A stretch of DNA of 64,000 nucleotides. Source: an uncultured delta proteobacterium (GTDB lineage Bacteria; Desulfobacterota; Binatia; UBA9968). Shown piece by piece: positions 33,307-43,707 of the stretch (position 1 is the stretch's first letter; every line of letters starts with the position of its first letter). The notes beneath the pieces were generated by a model that was not told the origin of the DNA, ran no database searches, and worked only from the letters and a program-made list of their open reading frames with translations. The DNA is taken from assembly GCA_963804165.1 (NCBI GenBank), contig CAWDPO010000033.1, positions 1 to 64,000 on the forward strand, read 5' to 3'. The translations under genes were made by a program, and so were the position numbers.

Positions 33307-34557
33307 TCATAGCTGCTCTTCGACCGGGAAGGCGAACAGCTCGAAAAACTTTTCTTTTAAACCGCGCGCATCCCATTCCTCATAGGTGATTTTGCGCGAG
33401 TGGCGCAAGTCTTCGGCAAAGATCGCCTCGAGACTTTGCGCCAGCGTCCTGTCGTAGAGAGTCAGATTCAACTCTTCGTTCAAAGCGAAGGAGCGATTAT
33501 CGAAGTTAGTGCTGCCGATGGTCGCCCACACGCCGTCCACCACCATCGTCTTGGAATGCAAGAGCGCAGGCGAATACTCGTAAATTTGGATTCCGCCGAG
33601 CAACATCTCGCCATAGTGTCTTCGGCTGGCGCGATAGGTGATCTTGAAATCGATCTTGCCGGGGACGAGCACGGTGACGCGGACTTTGCGCGCCACCGCG
33701 TCCAGCAGAGCTTCGGTCATTCGATCGTCGGGAATGAAATAAGGATTGGTGATCAGGATCGATTTTTTCGCCGATGTGATCGACAGCAAATAGAGCAGGT
33801 AATTTTGAAAGCTGCCGCCGACCGGCGAGCTCTTGACGAACTGGAGCGATACGTGGCCGCGCGCTTCGAGGCGGGGGAAAAATTCGCCGCCGCCGAGAAT
33901 ATTTCCCGTGGTCTCAAGCCAGCTATCGGTGAAAGCGGCTTGCAGGTATTTCACCGCCGGCCCTTCGACGCGCACATTGGTGTCGCGCCAGTGATCCGCC
34001 GTGCGGCCGTCGCCCAGCCAGGCGTCGCTGACGCCATAGCCCCCGGTGAAACCGATTCGGCCGTCGATGACAAGGACACGGCGGTGATTGCGATAGTTAT
34101 ATTGCAGGAGTTTCCACGGCAGGATGACTTGGGGCGCTCTGACCCGACGAAAATGTTCGATCTGGCAGCCGGCCCCCTGCATGATATCCAGAATCTCGCC
34201 GGGGGCTTCGCTGCCATGATCATCCAACAGGATATAAACTTTGACGCCGGCTTGGCAGCGGTCGGCGAAACTCTGGGCGAGCTCTCGAGCCAGAGTACCG
34301 CCTTTGAATAAGTATTGCGCGAAGGTGATCGTCGATTTGGCGCTCTTTATATCGCGCAGCATCGCGGGAAAGAGCTCGTCGCCATTCTGAAGGATGTCGA
34401 TCTTGTTGCCGCCGATGATCGGCGCGTCGGCGAAGGCTTCGATGGTCGGAAAAAAGTCAGCGTCGCCAAGCTGGATCTCCGGCACGTCGGTGATCGCGCG
34501 CACTTTGGCGCAACCGATGAGCAGCGCCAAGATCAAGCAAAGTACGCCGCGTTTCAT
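33307..34557 (-). CDS. cls: Cardiolipin synthase / phospholipase D family
   Basis: NHRRVLVIDG and LHSKTMVVDG motifs, WRDT, NPYFIPD, GSTNFDNRSF; LIGC possible lipobox. Confidence 0.85.
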   Translation of the reverse strand: MKRGVLCLILALLIGCAKVRAITDVPEIQLGDADFFPTIEAFADAPIIGGNKIDILQNGDELFPAMLRDIKSAKSTITFAQYLFKGGTLARELAQSFADRCQAGVKVYILLDDHGSEAPGEILDIMQGAGCQIEHFRRVRAPQVILPWKLLQYNYRNHRRVLVIDGRIGFTGGYGVSDAWLGDGRTADHWRDTNVRVEGPAVKYLQAAFTDSWLETTGNILGGGEFFPRLEARGHVSLQFVKSSPVGGSFQNYLLYLLSITSAKKSILITNPYFIPDDRMTEALLDAVARKVRVTVLVPGKIDFKITYRASRRHYGEMLLGGIQIYEYSPALLHSKTMVVDGVWATIGSTNFDNRSFALNEELNLTLYDRTLAQSLEAIFAEDLRHSRKITYEEWDARGLKEKFFELFAFPVEEQL

Positions 34558-34606
34558 GATTCGCAATTTTCGTTCAAACTCTTTGCGATTCACTGGCAAC
34601 GCCGTG

Positions 34607-35302
34607 TTAGGATTCAAAGCGGCGTTTTAGCCAAACGGTGCCGATGATGGTGATCGTGATCAAAACCGCCAAAACGAGAACTACGCCAATCCCGGGGTCG
34701 CGGATCGCTCTGGCAAACTGATGGGCGAAGAGGTTCGTAATGAGAATACCCGGCACGAGTCCCAGCAACGATCCCAGAAGGTAGTCACGCAGCGGTACTT
34801 TGAACGCGCCGGAGACGACATTGACGACGGTAAAAGGGGCGATCGGCAACAAGCGCAAAGTCGCGACCGCCACGATGCCGGTTTGCTCGATTTTTTTCTC
34901 TAGACGACGCCATTTCGCTCCCGCGATCTTGCGGACAAAATCCTGGCCGAGAAAGCAGCCGATGGCATAGGTCACTACGGCCCCCGCGAGGCTGCCGGCG
35001 ATGGAATAAAGCGAGCCCATGACGGGACCGAAGATAATCGCGGTGACGAGGATCAGCACCGTGATCGGAACCAGTAAAATACTGCCGATGATGTAGGCGC
35101 CGAGCAGATAAAAATGGCGCGCCGGGCTCTGGCGCAGCGACGCCGCCCAACCGGAAAGTCGATGGATGTCGATCAAATCCGCGAGCGGTGTCCACTTCCA
35201 GGCCGCCGCTGCGGCAAAAAGCAAAAACAGAACGATCACGCCTATCCATATGCGCCGTTTTTGACTTTCAGTCTTATTCTTCCGAGAGACCGTCATAGTC
35301 AA
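34607..35302 (-). CDS. TVP38/TMEM64 (DedA/VTT) membrane protein
   Basis: LRLLPIAPFTVVN and GSLLGLVPG motifs. Confidence 0.88.
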   Translation of the reverse strand: MTMTVSRKNKTESQKRRIWIGVIVLFLLFAAAAAWKWTPLADLIDIHRLSGWAASLRQSPARHFYLLGAYIIGSILLVPITVLILVTAIIFGPVMGSLYSIAGSLAGAVVTYAIGCFLGQDFVRKIAGAKWRRLEKKIEQTGIVAVATLRLLPIAPFTVVNVVSGAFKVPLRDYLLGSLLGLVPGILITNLFAHQFARAIRDPGIGVVLVLAVLITITIIGTVWLKRRFES

Positions 35303-35734
35303 ATCTAAGTGTAACGTGCCGCCACATGCGTTTCATCAACCTGCCACAAAAATTCCTCGGAGAGGCGCACTGGTGGAAAGGTGACATGGCAGTCAGGCAA
35401 TTGAGACAGGCGCGCGCAAGCGAAATTCGCGCCTATGAAGACGCGCGCATCGATTACATCGTTTACGATCTGTGTTTTCGTCTATGCCGATTAGCTGGAG
35501 CAGATCGATCTCTTGGGGAAAGAAGTATAAGAAACTTAGGGGCGACCGGCTGGTTGCTGACGAGAAAATAGTGTGGGGCTGCATGTGAAAACTTTTCAAA
35601 TCAATGGGTTAGGGTTGGAGAATCGGACTGTTGGACCGAAGATATACCGGACGGAGACGGGTTTCCAACCGATGTTTCGAGGGGCGCGTCTTTCTCCGTC
35701 TCCCGTGTAGCCTGACGAAGCAAAAAAGATATTT

Positions 35735-36466
35735 TTAACCGGCCGGTGACTTCGGAGTGGGCGCTATACCCGTCGCGACTATAAGACCGTCGGTGCCGAC
35801 TCGTTCGAGGACCACAAGCTCTATGCGAATTGGAGGGTGAAGGCTTTTAGCATTGTCTTTTTCATTGGTCATTACGAAATCATGAGTCACTCGCTCTCCC
35901 AACCTGGTCGGCGGCTTTATTTCCATGCGGCGATCGTGAAGCGTCCGGACAACTCTGCCTGCCAGTTCCTCCTGTATCTGAGCTCGCAAAATCAAGTTTC
36001 CTCCTAGGAAGCCTTCTATCGTGCATGTGACGAAAAACTCACTCTTGTTCGAAGCGCTTTTAGAGGCTGTGGAAATCCTATTAAGAGAAGGAAGGACCAC
36101 TTTAGATGTCGGAGTTACGTAAGCGACCTGGATGGCCCGGGCGTTAAGGATTTTTTCGGCTTGAGCTTTAGAATCTTGCAGCCTGTGTCCGATAAGAAAA
36201 TCCACTTTCTTTTCCAGGTCGGTCATGGTCGTTTCTATCTTGACGACCCTTTCGCCGGACTCGGTCCGCAATTGTAACGTGCCAAAGTAAAATGCACCTA
36301 CGCCCACTAGAGATATCAAAGAGATGCCCACGGTTAGAACTGTCCCCCAGCGACCCACCAGTTGATGATCGCTTTGTGGCTGCTTGTTGCCGGTGCTACG
36401 ATTTCTCGGTGGCTGCGCCAATTCCGCCTCGTTAATCCAAACCAAATTCAATGTCGGTCGGCTCAT
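35735..36466 (-). CDS. Hypothetical single-pass membrane protein
   Basis: Long ORF with one TM segment (WGTVLTVGISLISLVGVGAFYF) and a short coiled coil; lower GC. Confidence 0.55.
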   Translation of the reverse strand: MSRPTLNLVWINEAELAQPPRNRSTGNKQPQSDHQLVGRWGTVLTVGISLISLVGVGAFYFGTLQLRTESGERVVKIETTMTDLEKKVDFLIGHRLQDSKAQAEKILNARAIQVAYVTPTSKVVLPSLNRISTASKSASNKSEFFVTCTIEGFLGGNLILRAQIQEELAGRVVRTLHDRRMEIKPPTRLGERVTHDFVMTNEKDNAKSLHPPIRIELVVLERVGTDGLIVATGIAPTPKSPAG

Positions 36467-36854
36467 ATCAGAACTCTTGCGGATTTGCGAGGCTGAGCGG
36501 ATCACCGGCTGAATTTGCCCCCCCCCCGAGCATTATGACAAGTCCGGCTGCGCCGATAGTGTCCGCCTGTCTTTCGTGTGAGCAGCGTCAAATTATCCCC
36601 GCTGAGAGGAGGCCCGCGCATCTCCCACATGATATCCTGCCACCACAAACCTTGCCCGCGCTGCACCTGTTCCAGATATTTAGTCTACCCAACAGATTCC
36701 AAGTCGGCGAATTCGCAACAGTCGCCTGCAGATGCCCTCGCGCAAAGACGCGACGGCCGGAACGACGTATGAACACCGGAGGTCGCTAGTGGATCTGATT
36801 GACTACCGCAAAGAAACAATTCAAATGGTGGGTTCGGAGAAATAATTGTAACGG

Positions 36855-37854
36855 ATGAAAGCGATGAAACAAATTATTCGTCTCCTTTTGCCGGTAATTA
36901 TCTGCTTTAGTGCGACAACCGGCTGGGCTCTCGATAAAATTCGCATCGGTATGGGCGCGTTCAGCCCGACCAATAGCGCGATCTGGGTCGCCGAGGAGCG
37001 CGGTTTCTTCAAAAAGCACGGTATCGAGGCCGAGGCGATCTTCATTGGTGGCGGCGCCGCCCGCGAGCGTCAATGCACTGCTCGCCGGCGATATTCAGTT
37101 CGCCACCGCCGGTGGCGGCGCCGTGATCACGTCGGTGCTCAAGGGCGCCGATGTTGTCATTGTCGCGGCGCAGAACAACAGAGGCGTTCACCGCATTCTT
37201 GTCCGCCCGGAGATCGATACGCCCGAGGCGATCAAAGGCAAGAAGATCGCCATCACCACATTCGGCTCGTCATCCCATCAGGTCTTGACCATGGTTTTGG
37301 ACGTTTGGAAGATCCGGCCCGACGAGTTGCAAATACTGCAGGTCGGCTCGTCGCCGACCATGCTGATCAGCCTGCAAAAGAAACTGGTCGACGGCGCGGT
37401 GCTGACCGACCCGTCCTATTTTATCGCCGAAGATCTCGGCTTTCGCGTGATCGCCGATCTCGCCAAGATGAACATCCACTATTTACAGAGCATGATGGTC
37501 TCGACGCGGAGTTATTTGCGCGCCAACCGCGACCAGGCGACGCGGGTTATGCGAGCATTTGTCGAAGCCATCGCCTACTTCAAGAAAAACAAGAAAGACA
37601 GCGTTCAAATCATTTTGAAAAAGATGCGGATGAACGCCGATCAAGCAAAATACGCCGAGCGCACTTACGATCAGTACGCAAATACCTATTTCGAGCGGAT
37701 ACCTTATCCATCGGCGAGCGGAATCAAGACGGTTCTGGAAAGCCTCGTGAAAGAAAATCCCAAAGCCAAAGGCGCCGATCCTGCTTCCTTCGTGGATGCG
37801 AGTATTTTAAAGTCGCTGGAGGACAGCGGGTTTATAAAAAGCATGTATGATTAG
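36855..37854 (+). CDS. NMT1/SsuA-type ABC substrate-binding protein; frameshift at about 37065
   Basis: Signal peptide, WVAEERGFFKKHGIE, ALLAGDIQF, IKGKKIAIT, FVDASILKSLEDSGFI over two frames. Confidence 0.85.
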
Positions 37855-37882
37855 GTCTAGTCCGTAAAGTCCAGACTCATGC

Positions 37883-38007
37883 CTGACCCTCACTCCTTCA
37901 TGACCCTCACTCCTTCACTCACTCCTTCACTGACCCTCACTCCTTCATGACCCTCACTCCTTCACTCACTCCTTCACTGACCCTCACTCCTTCTCCCTCA
38001 CTCCTTC
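37883..38007. repeat. Compound tandem repeat: 2 x 47-bp unit plus partial; core CTCACTCCTTC x8
   Basis: Unit C-TGACCCTCACTCCTTCA-TGACCCTCACTCCTTCA-CTCACTCCTTCA at 37883-37929 and 37930-37976. Confidence 0.9.
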
Positions 38008-38113
38008 TCCAATATTCCGCTTCGTTCTTCTGCCAGTCCGGATGGATTCGTCTAGCAATTTCCGGAGGCAAACCTTCGATTAAGCTGCGTACGGATTGTC
38101 CTGAGTTGCCCAT
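38005..38113 (-). pseudogene. N-terminal fragment of a small protein (DUF5678-like) cut by the tandem repeat
   Basis: SLIEGLPPEIARRIHPDWQKNEAEYW then runs into repeat-encoded EGVRVS; family call from recall. Confidence 0.4.
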
Positions 38114-38152
38114 GTCGGAATTGTACACAGACGTAGACTGGAATCGAACCCC

Positions 38153-38184
38153 AAAAAAGAAAGGGCGACCGTATGGTCGCCCTT
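38153..38184 (-). terminator. Intrinsic terminator after the XDH-family operon
   Basis: AAGGGCGACC-gtat-GGTCGCCCTT hairpin followed on the minus strand by TCTTTTTT. Confidence 0.7.
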
Positions 38185-38215
38185 GGAGATGCGCCTTTTC
38201 CTCGCAATGCTTCGG

Positions 38216-40507
38216 CTACGCCTTCCCCGCCTCCTTCAACCCGCGCAGCACGTTCTCCGGGCTCAGCGGCAGTTTGTTGATGCGCACGCCGGTGGCGTTG
38301 AAGATGGCGTTGGCGATGGCGGCCATGGGCGGGACGCAGGCGATTTCACCGGCGCCTTTGGCGCCGTAGGGGCCGGAGCCGGGGTAGCCTTCAACCAAAG
38401 TCGTTTCGATGCGCGGCATCATGTTGATGGTCGGCATCAGAGTAATCGACGAACGATGGGTTCATCGTTCTGCCGTTCTGGTCGAAGACGACTTGCTCGC
38501 AGAGCGCCTGGCCGATGCTCATGGCGGCGGCGCCTTCGATCTGGCCTTCGGCGGCGGCTCGGTGGATCGGCTGGCCGATGTCGTGGACGGCGACGTATTT
38601 CAGGATCTTCACGTTGCCGGTGTCCGGACTCACTTCGACGATGCAGGCATGCGTAGTAAACGGCTGGGAACTGCCGTGGGCTTTTTCTTCGGCCATCAGT
38701 TCCAGGTTGTCGCAGTAACCGCGGCCGATGACTTCGCCGATGACGTTGTGCGCGTCGGTGGCGACGGTGGCGAGAGCCACCGCTCTTTGCCGGCGTGCCT
38801 TTGACCCGGATCTGCTTGTCGACGATCTCCAGATCCTCCGGGCTCGCTTCGAGTTTGCGCGCGGCCATTTTGAAAATCTGATTGCGCGCGTCGATGGCGG
38901 CGAGCCGGGATGCGCCGCCGGAAACCAGGATGCCCCGGCTGCCGACCGTGCCTGCGTCCCATGGGCTGGCGTCGGTGTCGACATTGACCACAGTGACATC
39001 GCTCACCGGTATGCCAAGCTCTTCGGCGACGATCATTGGAATACCGAAACCGGGGATGGTGCCCATGTCGATCTTGCCGATGTGCACTGTCACCGAGCCG
39101 TCTTCGTTCACTTTCACTATCGAGCCGCCGCCGGGGCCGGCGCTCTCGATCCATGAGCCGGTGGCGATGCCGATACCCTGGTTCTTTTCCAGCTTTACTT
39201 TGCCCCAGCCGATCTTTTCCTTGGCGATGCGGATCGTTTCACCGAGCGAAACATCGCGCAGCTTGGGCACGCCGACGATCTTGTCGCCGGCTTTAGGCAT
39301 GTTCTTAAGGCGGAATTCCGTCGGATCCATGCCGAGCTTGGCGGCGATGGAGTCCATGTGCGATTCAACGGCAAATGCCGCCTGCGGGCCGCCGGGGCCG
39401 CGCACCGGGCCGCAGACCTGTTTGTTGGTGTAAACGAAATAGCCGTCGATATGGCAGTTGGGCATCAAGTACCAGCCGCCGAGCATGTTGGTGCAGCGGC
39501 CGCCGGCCTGCACGCCGAAGCCGGAGTAGCCGCCGGCGTCGTAAAATACTTTGCCGGTGCGGGCGACGATGGTGCCGTCTTTTTTCACGCCGGTCTTGAT
39601 GTACATTTTTGCGCCGGCGCGGATCGTCGTCGAGATGGTTTCCTCGGCCTTGTCGAGGACGATCATCACCGGCCGCTTGGCTTTGATCGCCAACAGGCCG
39701 CAGATCGGCTCGACGGCGGCGCCCGAGGTGATGCCGCTGCCCTTGCCGCCGAAGCCGCCGCCCAGGCCGGCGGAGATCACGCGCACGTTGTTGAGGGACA
39801 GCCCGAGCGTCTTCGCCGTTTCTTGGCGCACCGGGAAAGGTGCCTGGGCGTTGGCCCAAACGGTGAGACGGCCGTTGGGCTCCATCTGCGCCGCGGCGAT
39901 GCGCGGCTCGAGATACTGCGGGTGGATCATCTTGGTTTCGTAAACTTCGTCGACGACGATATCCGCTTCGGCCATCGCCTTTTCGGCGTCGCCGACATGG
40001 ACGACCGCATGGCCGCAGATATTTTTAAGCCCTGCGTCCGCCGGAATAGTTTTCGGCAGCGGCATGTCTTCATGCAAGGTCGGCGCATCCGGCTTGGTCG
40101 CTTCTTCGGGATCGATGAGCCACCGGCAGCGGTTCGTAGACGACTTTGATTTTTTTGAGCGCCTGCTTGGCGATGGCTAGCGATTCTGCGGCGACGGCCG
40201 CGACCGGGTCGCCCATGAAGCGGACTTTATCGCGCGCGAGTATATAGCGATCGATATAGCTGCGGCCGTAACGCACGTCCGGAGCGTCGGCAGCGGTGAC
40301 CACGGCATGGACGCCGGGAACTTTTTTTGCTTCGCTGGTGTCGATGCTGACGATCTTCGCGTGGGCGTACTGGCTGCGCAGGATCACGCCGTGCAATTGG
40401 TCTTTGAGCATCAAGTCGATGCCGTAAACGCCTTTGCCGACGACGCGCTCGACGCCGCCCATGCGCGCCGGGCTGGAACCGATAATTTTGAGTTCAGCTT
40501 TTGCCAT
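38216..40507 (-). CDS. Xanthine dehydrogenase family molybdopterin-binding subunit; frameshifts at about 40120, 38783 and 38440
   Basis: LRSQYAHA, VRFMGDPVAAV, YLEP, LGGGFGGK, VRGPGGPQ, EGQIEG, GPYGAKGAGE. Confidence 0.88.
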
Positions 40508-40510
40508 GAC

Positions 40511-40987
40511 TCATGCCCTCCCTGCGATGCGATCGGCGGCGAGATGGATCGCGTCGACGATCTTGTTGTAACCCGTGCAGCGGCAAATGTTGCCGGAGAC
40601 CGCTTCTTCGATGTCTTCCGCCGTCGGTTTGGTGGTGCGGTCGAGCAGCGCTTTGACGGAAATAATGTAGCCCGGCGTGCAATAACCGCACTGCACCGCG
40701 CCGGTGTCGATGAACGCTTGCTGCACAGGATGCAGCTTATCGCCGTCGGCCAAGCCTTCGATCGTCGTGATCTCGGCGCCGATGGCGTCGGCGGCCATGG
40801 TCACGCAGGAGTTGATCGGCATGCCGTTGTAAATGATCGTGCAGGCGCCGCACTCGCCGGTGTTGCAGCAGAGCTTGCTGCCTTTCATTTCCAAGGTGTC
40901 GCGCAGGAATTCCAGCAGCGATGTCGACGCTTCCGCGCTGGCGCTCACGGCCTTGCCGTTGATTTTGGTGTTAATGGTGAGACTCAT
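40511..40987 (-). CDS. XDH family (2Fe-2S) subunit (CoxS/CutS-like)
   Basis: CNTGECGACT, NSC, AVQCGYCTPG, GNICRCTGY. Confidence 0.93.
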   Translation of the reverse strand: MSLTINTKINGKAVSASAEASTSLLEFLRDTLEMKGSKLCCNTGECGACTIIYNGMPINSCVTMAADAIGAEITTIEGLADGDKLHPVQQAFIDTGAVQCGYCTPGYIISVKALLDRTTKPTAEDIEEAVSGNICRCTGYNKIVDAIHLAADRIAGRA

Positions 40988-41857
40988 TATGCTACCTCCT
41001 TGCCGGTGGCGGCTTTCCAGGTTTGTTCGCAGTCCGCGGCGGGTCAAAGCTTCGACGATCCAGCGGCGATTCTCCGCGCTGCTGCGCTGATCGCTGATCG
41101 GACTCGCTTCCGATGCAGCCAGGGCCGCGGCTTCTTTGAGCAGCGCCGATCTGAGCGGTTTGCCGCGCAGCAGCGCTTCGGTCTTCGGAGCACGGATCGG
41201 CGTCGGCGCGACTGCGCCCAAGCCGATGCGGACGTCTTGCATCTTGTTCTTTCCGGCGTCGGGCGTGATCAGACACGGCAACGCCCACCATGGCGATATC
41301 CATGGCGCCGCGCACCGCGTGTTTCAGATAGACGCTTTTGCTCCCCGCCGACGGATAGGGAATCTCGATTTCCGTCAATAGACCTTTCACGCCGGCACTG
41401 CTCTTCCCCGGGCCCTGAAAGAAGGACGTGAACGGTTCGGTCTTCTCACCGTCGGCAAAGACGAGCTTGCCTTTCGCTTCCAACACGAGCAGCGGCGCTA
41501 GGGTTTCGCCCGACGGCGAGCGCGGCAGATGTTGCCGCCGATGGTCGCCGTGTTGCGCACCTGTAGCGACGCGAACTGGTGGCACGATTCCCACAGCACC
41601 GGCAGCTTCTCGCGCACGAGAGCGCTGGTTTCGATCTCGCGGATCGTCGTCAACGCGCCGATGCGCAGGCTGGCGCCGTTTTCAGTGATGCCGGTCAGTC
41701 CGGGGAGCTTCTTTATATTGACCAGTGAGCCCGGCTCTTCCTTAAACTTTATATCCACCATCACATCCGTGCCGCCGGCGATGACCTTAGCTTCGGCGCC
41801 GTGTTGCGCGAGCACGGACAACGCTTCGCTCACCGTTTTGGGTTCGAAATAATCCAT
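40987..41857 (-). CDS. XDH family FAD-binding subunit (CoxM/CutM-like); several frameshifts
   Basis: YFEPKTVSEA, IAGGTD, QVRNTATIGGN, GAVAPTP, SPISDQRSS. Confidence 0.88.
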
Positions 41858-42074
41858 AGTCCCTGCCTCTTGTTTGGATTTTTTGCCGCGTTGGAATTCG
41901 CTTCCGTCTTAGCCCAAGTCGCGTGACGATGGCAAGGGGTGCAGCGTTGTTCGCGAAAACTGCTCTGCTTGACGCCCGTCACAGGTTCATTGTACGAACA
42001 TCGAAGCAGTGTTTGCGCCGAGGAACACGCGCGGGGACGCCGTCTAGAAAAAACCACACGCGGAGGCCATAAGC

Positions 42075-43703
42075 ATGGACCAAGAGCTGATAACGATCGT
42101 GACTCCGACCGCGCGTCGAGCGGTCAAGCGAACCAAGCTCTCTTCCAGGAAATACGCGAGCTTGAATAACCGGCGGATTGGTCTGCTGGATAACAACAAA
42201 CCCAACGCCGACCGGTTTCTGGAATATGTGGGCGCGTTGCTGAAGGAACGGTACGAAGGCGTCGAGCTGATCGCCAGAAGAAAAATGACCCGCACCGGAG
42301 CGGATTGTCTGGAGGAGCTGATCGATCGGTGCGACGTCGTCATCAATGCGTTTGCCGATTGAGGCTCGTGCACGTCGTGGAGTGTCCACGACGCCGTCCA
42401 GCTGGAAGACGCGGGCGTTCCCACCGCCACGGTGGTCACGGATGAGTTCATGACCCTCGCCAAGACGGAATCCTCCACGCGCGGCTTGAGCGGGTTGCCG
42501 CTCGTCGAGGTTCCTCATCCAGTCGGTTCGGTTTCTCTCGACGTGTTGCGTGCGCTAGCGCAGTCGACCCTAGGTTCGGTCGTTGCTGCGTTGACTGCCG
42601 GTAACGTTCACACGAATTTGCCCCTGAACGAGGAAGTTGAGTGCGGTGTCGAGTGCCCGACGATTGAGGTGCCGGCGGATCCGGGTCTCATGTTTCAATA
42701 CTTCATCAACCGGGGTTGGTCGGATGGGCTACCGGTGCTGGCGCCGACGCAGGCTGCGGTCAATCAAATGATCGGCGGCAGCGGGTGGGAAAGGGATGCC
42801 GTGCTGGGGGTTATCCCTCCTCTCAATGGGATCGCTACCGTCGAGAGAGTCGCCGTCAACGCCGTTATGGCCGGCTGTCTGCCCGATTATTTGCCGTTGC
42901 TGATTGCCGCCGTCCATGGCGTCCTGCAGTCGGGCTTCAACCTCGACGGCGTGCAAACAACGACTGGCAACGTCGCTCCTCTGACGATCATCAACGGCCC
43001 GTGCCGAAATTCTCTGCAGATCAATTACGCCAGCAACGCGTTGGGACAGGGATGGCGCGCCAACTCGACCATCGGCAGAGCGCTACGGCTCGTGCTTTGC
43101 AATATCGGCGGCGCGACGCCGGGCATGTATGATAAATCGACTCTCGGTCAACCGGCCAAATACACTTTTTGCATCGCCGAAAACGAGGAGGAGAATCCCT
43201 GGGAGCCGTTGCATGTCGAACGTGGGTCTGCACGGGACACGGACGCCGTCAGTGTTTTCGGCTGCTCGGGCGTGAATAGCGCCGTCGATATGGCAAGTCA
43301 GACCGCAAAGGGGCTTCTCAAAACGTTCGCCCTCACCATGATCGGTGGATTCACCGCCGGCGTGACCTCGACCGAGACGCTACTGGTTATTTGTCCCGAG
43401 CACGCGGCGATTTTGTCGGCTGGCGGATACTCCAAAGCGGACATTCGCAACGAGCTGTTCAATTTGGCGCGGGTGCCGCACGAAAAAATCTCCGACGAGA
43501 ATCTACAACTGCTGGCCAATAGACGACCGCGTTGGTTTCCGGCCCATCGTTCCGAAATCCCCGTGATAGACCGGCCCGAAGACCTCTGGATCGTCGTTGC
43601 CGGAGGCAAGGGGGCCAAGTCAGCTTATATCCCCGGTCGCACCGGCACCCATCTGCAAACGACAGGCGTGGAAAATCATGCGACGGTGAGTTGCCGTTGT
43701 TAA
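42075..43703 (+). CDS. UGSC-family selenoprotein fused to a downstream GWSDGLPV domain (Sec at TGA 42360-42362)
   Basis: ORFs 42075-42362 and 42432-43703 are in the same frame, separated only by TGA in D-U-G-S-C-T-S-W; N-terminal GLLDNNKPNAD; downstream hairpin. Confidence 0.85.
42373..42393 (+). promoter_or_regulatory. Candidate bacterial SECIS element
   Basis: Perfect stem CGTCGTGGA/TCCACGACG with a G-containing loop about 19 nt after the UGA. Confidence 0.7.
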
Positions 43704-43707
43704 AAGC

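Noticed and set aside
37856-37872. CTAGTCCGTAAAGT as an IS terminal repeat
   Set aside because: No matching second end or transposase is visible in the window.
37883-38007. CRISPR array
   Set aside because: The repeats are contiguous with no unique spacers, and there are no cas genes.
38216-41857. Aerobic CO dehydrogenase (coxMSL)
   Set aside because: The large subunit lacks the AYxCSFR and AYRGAGR signatures, and no accessory cox genes are present.
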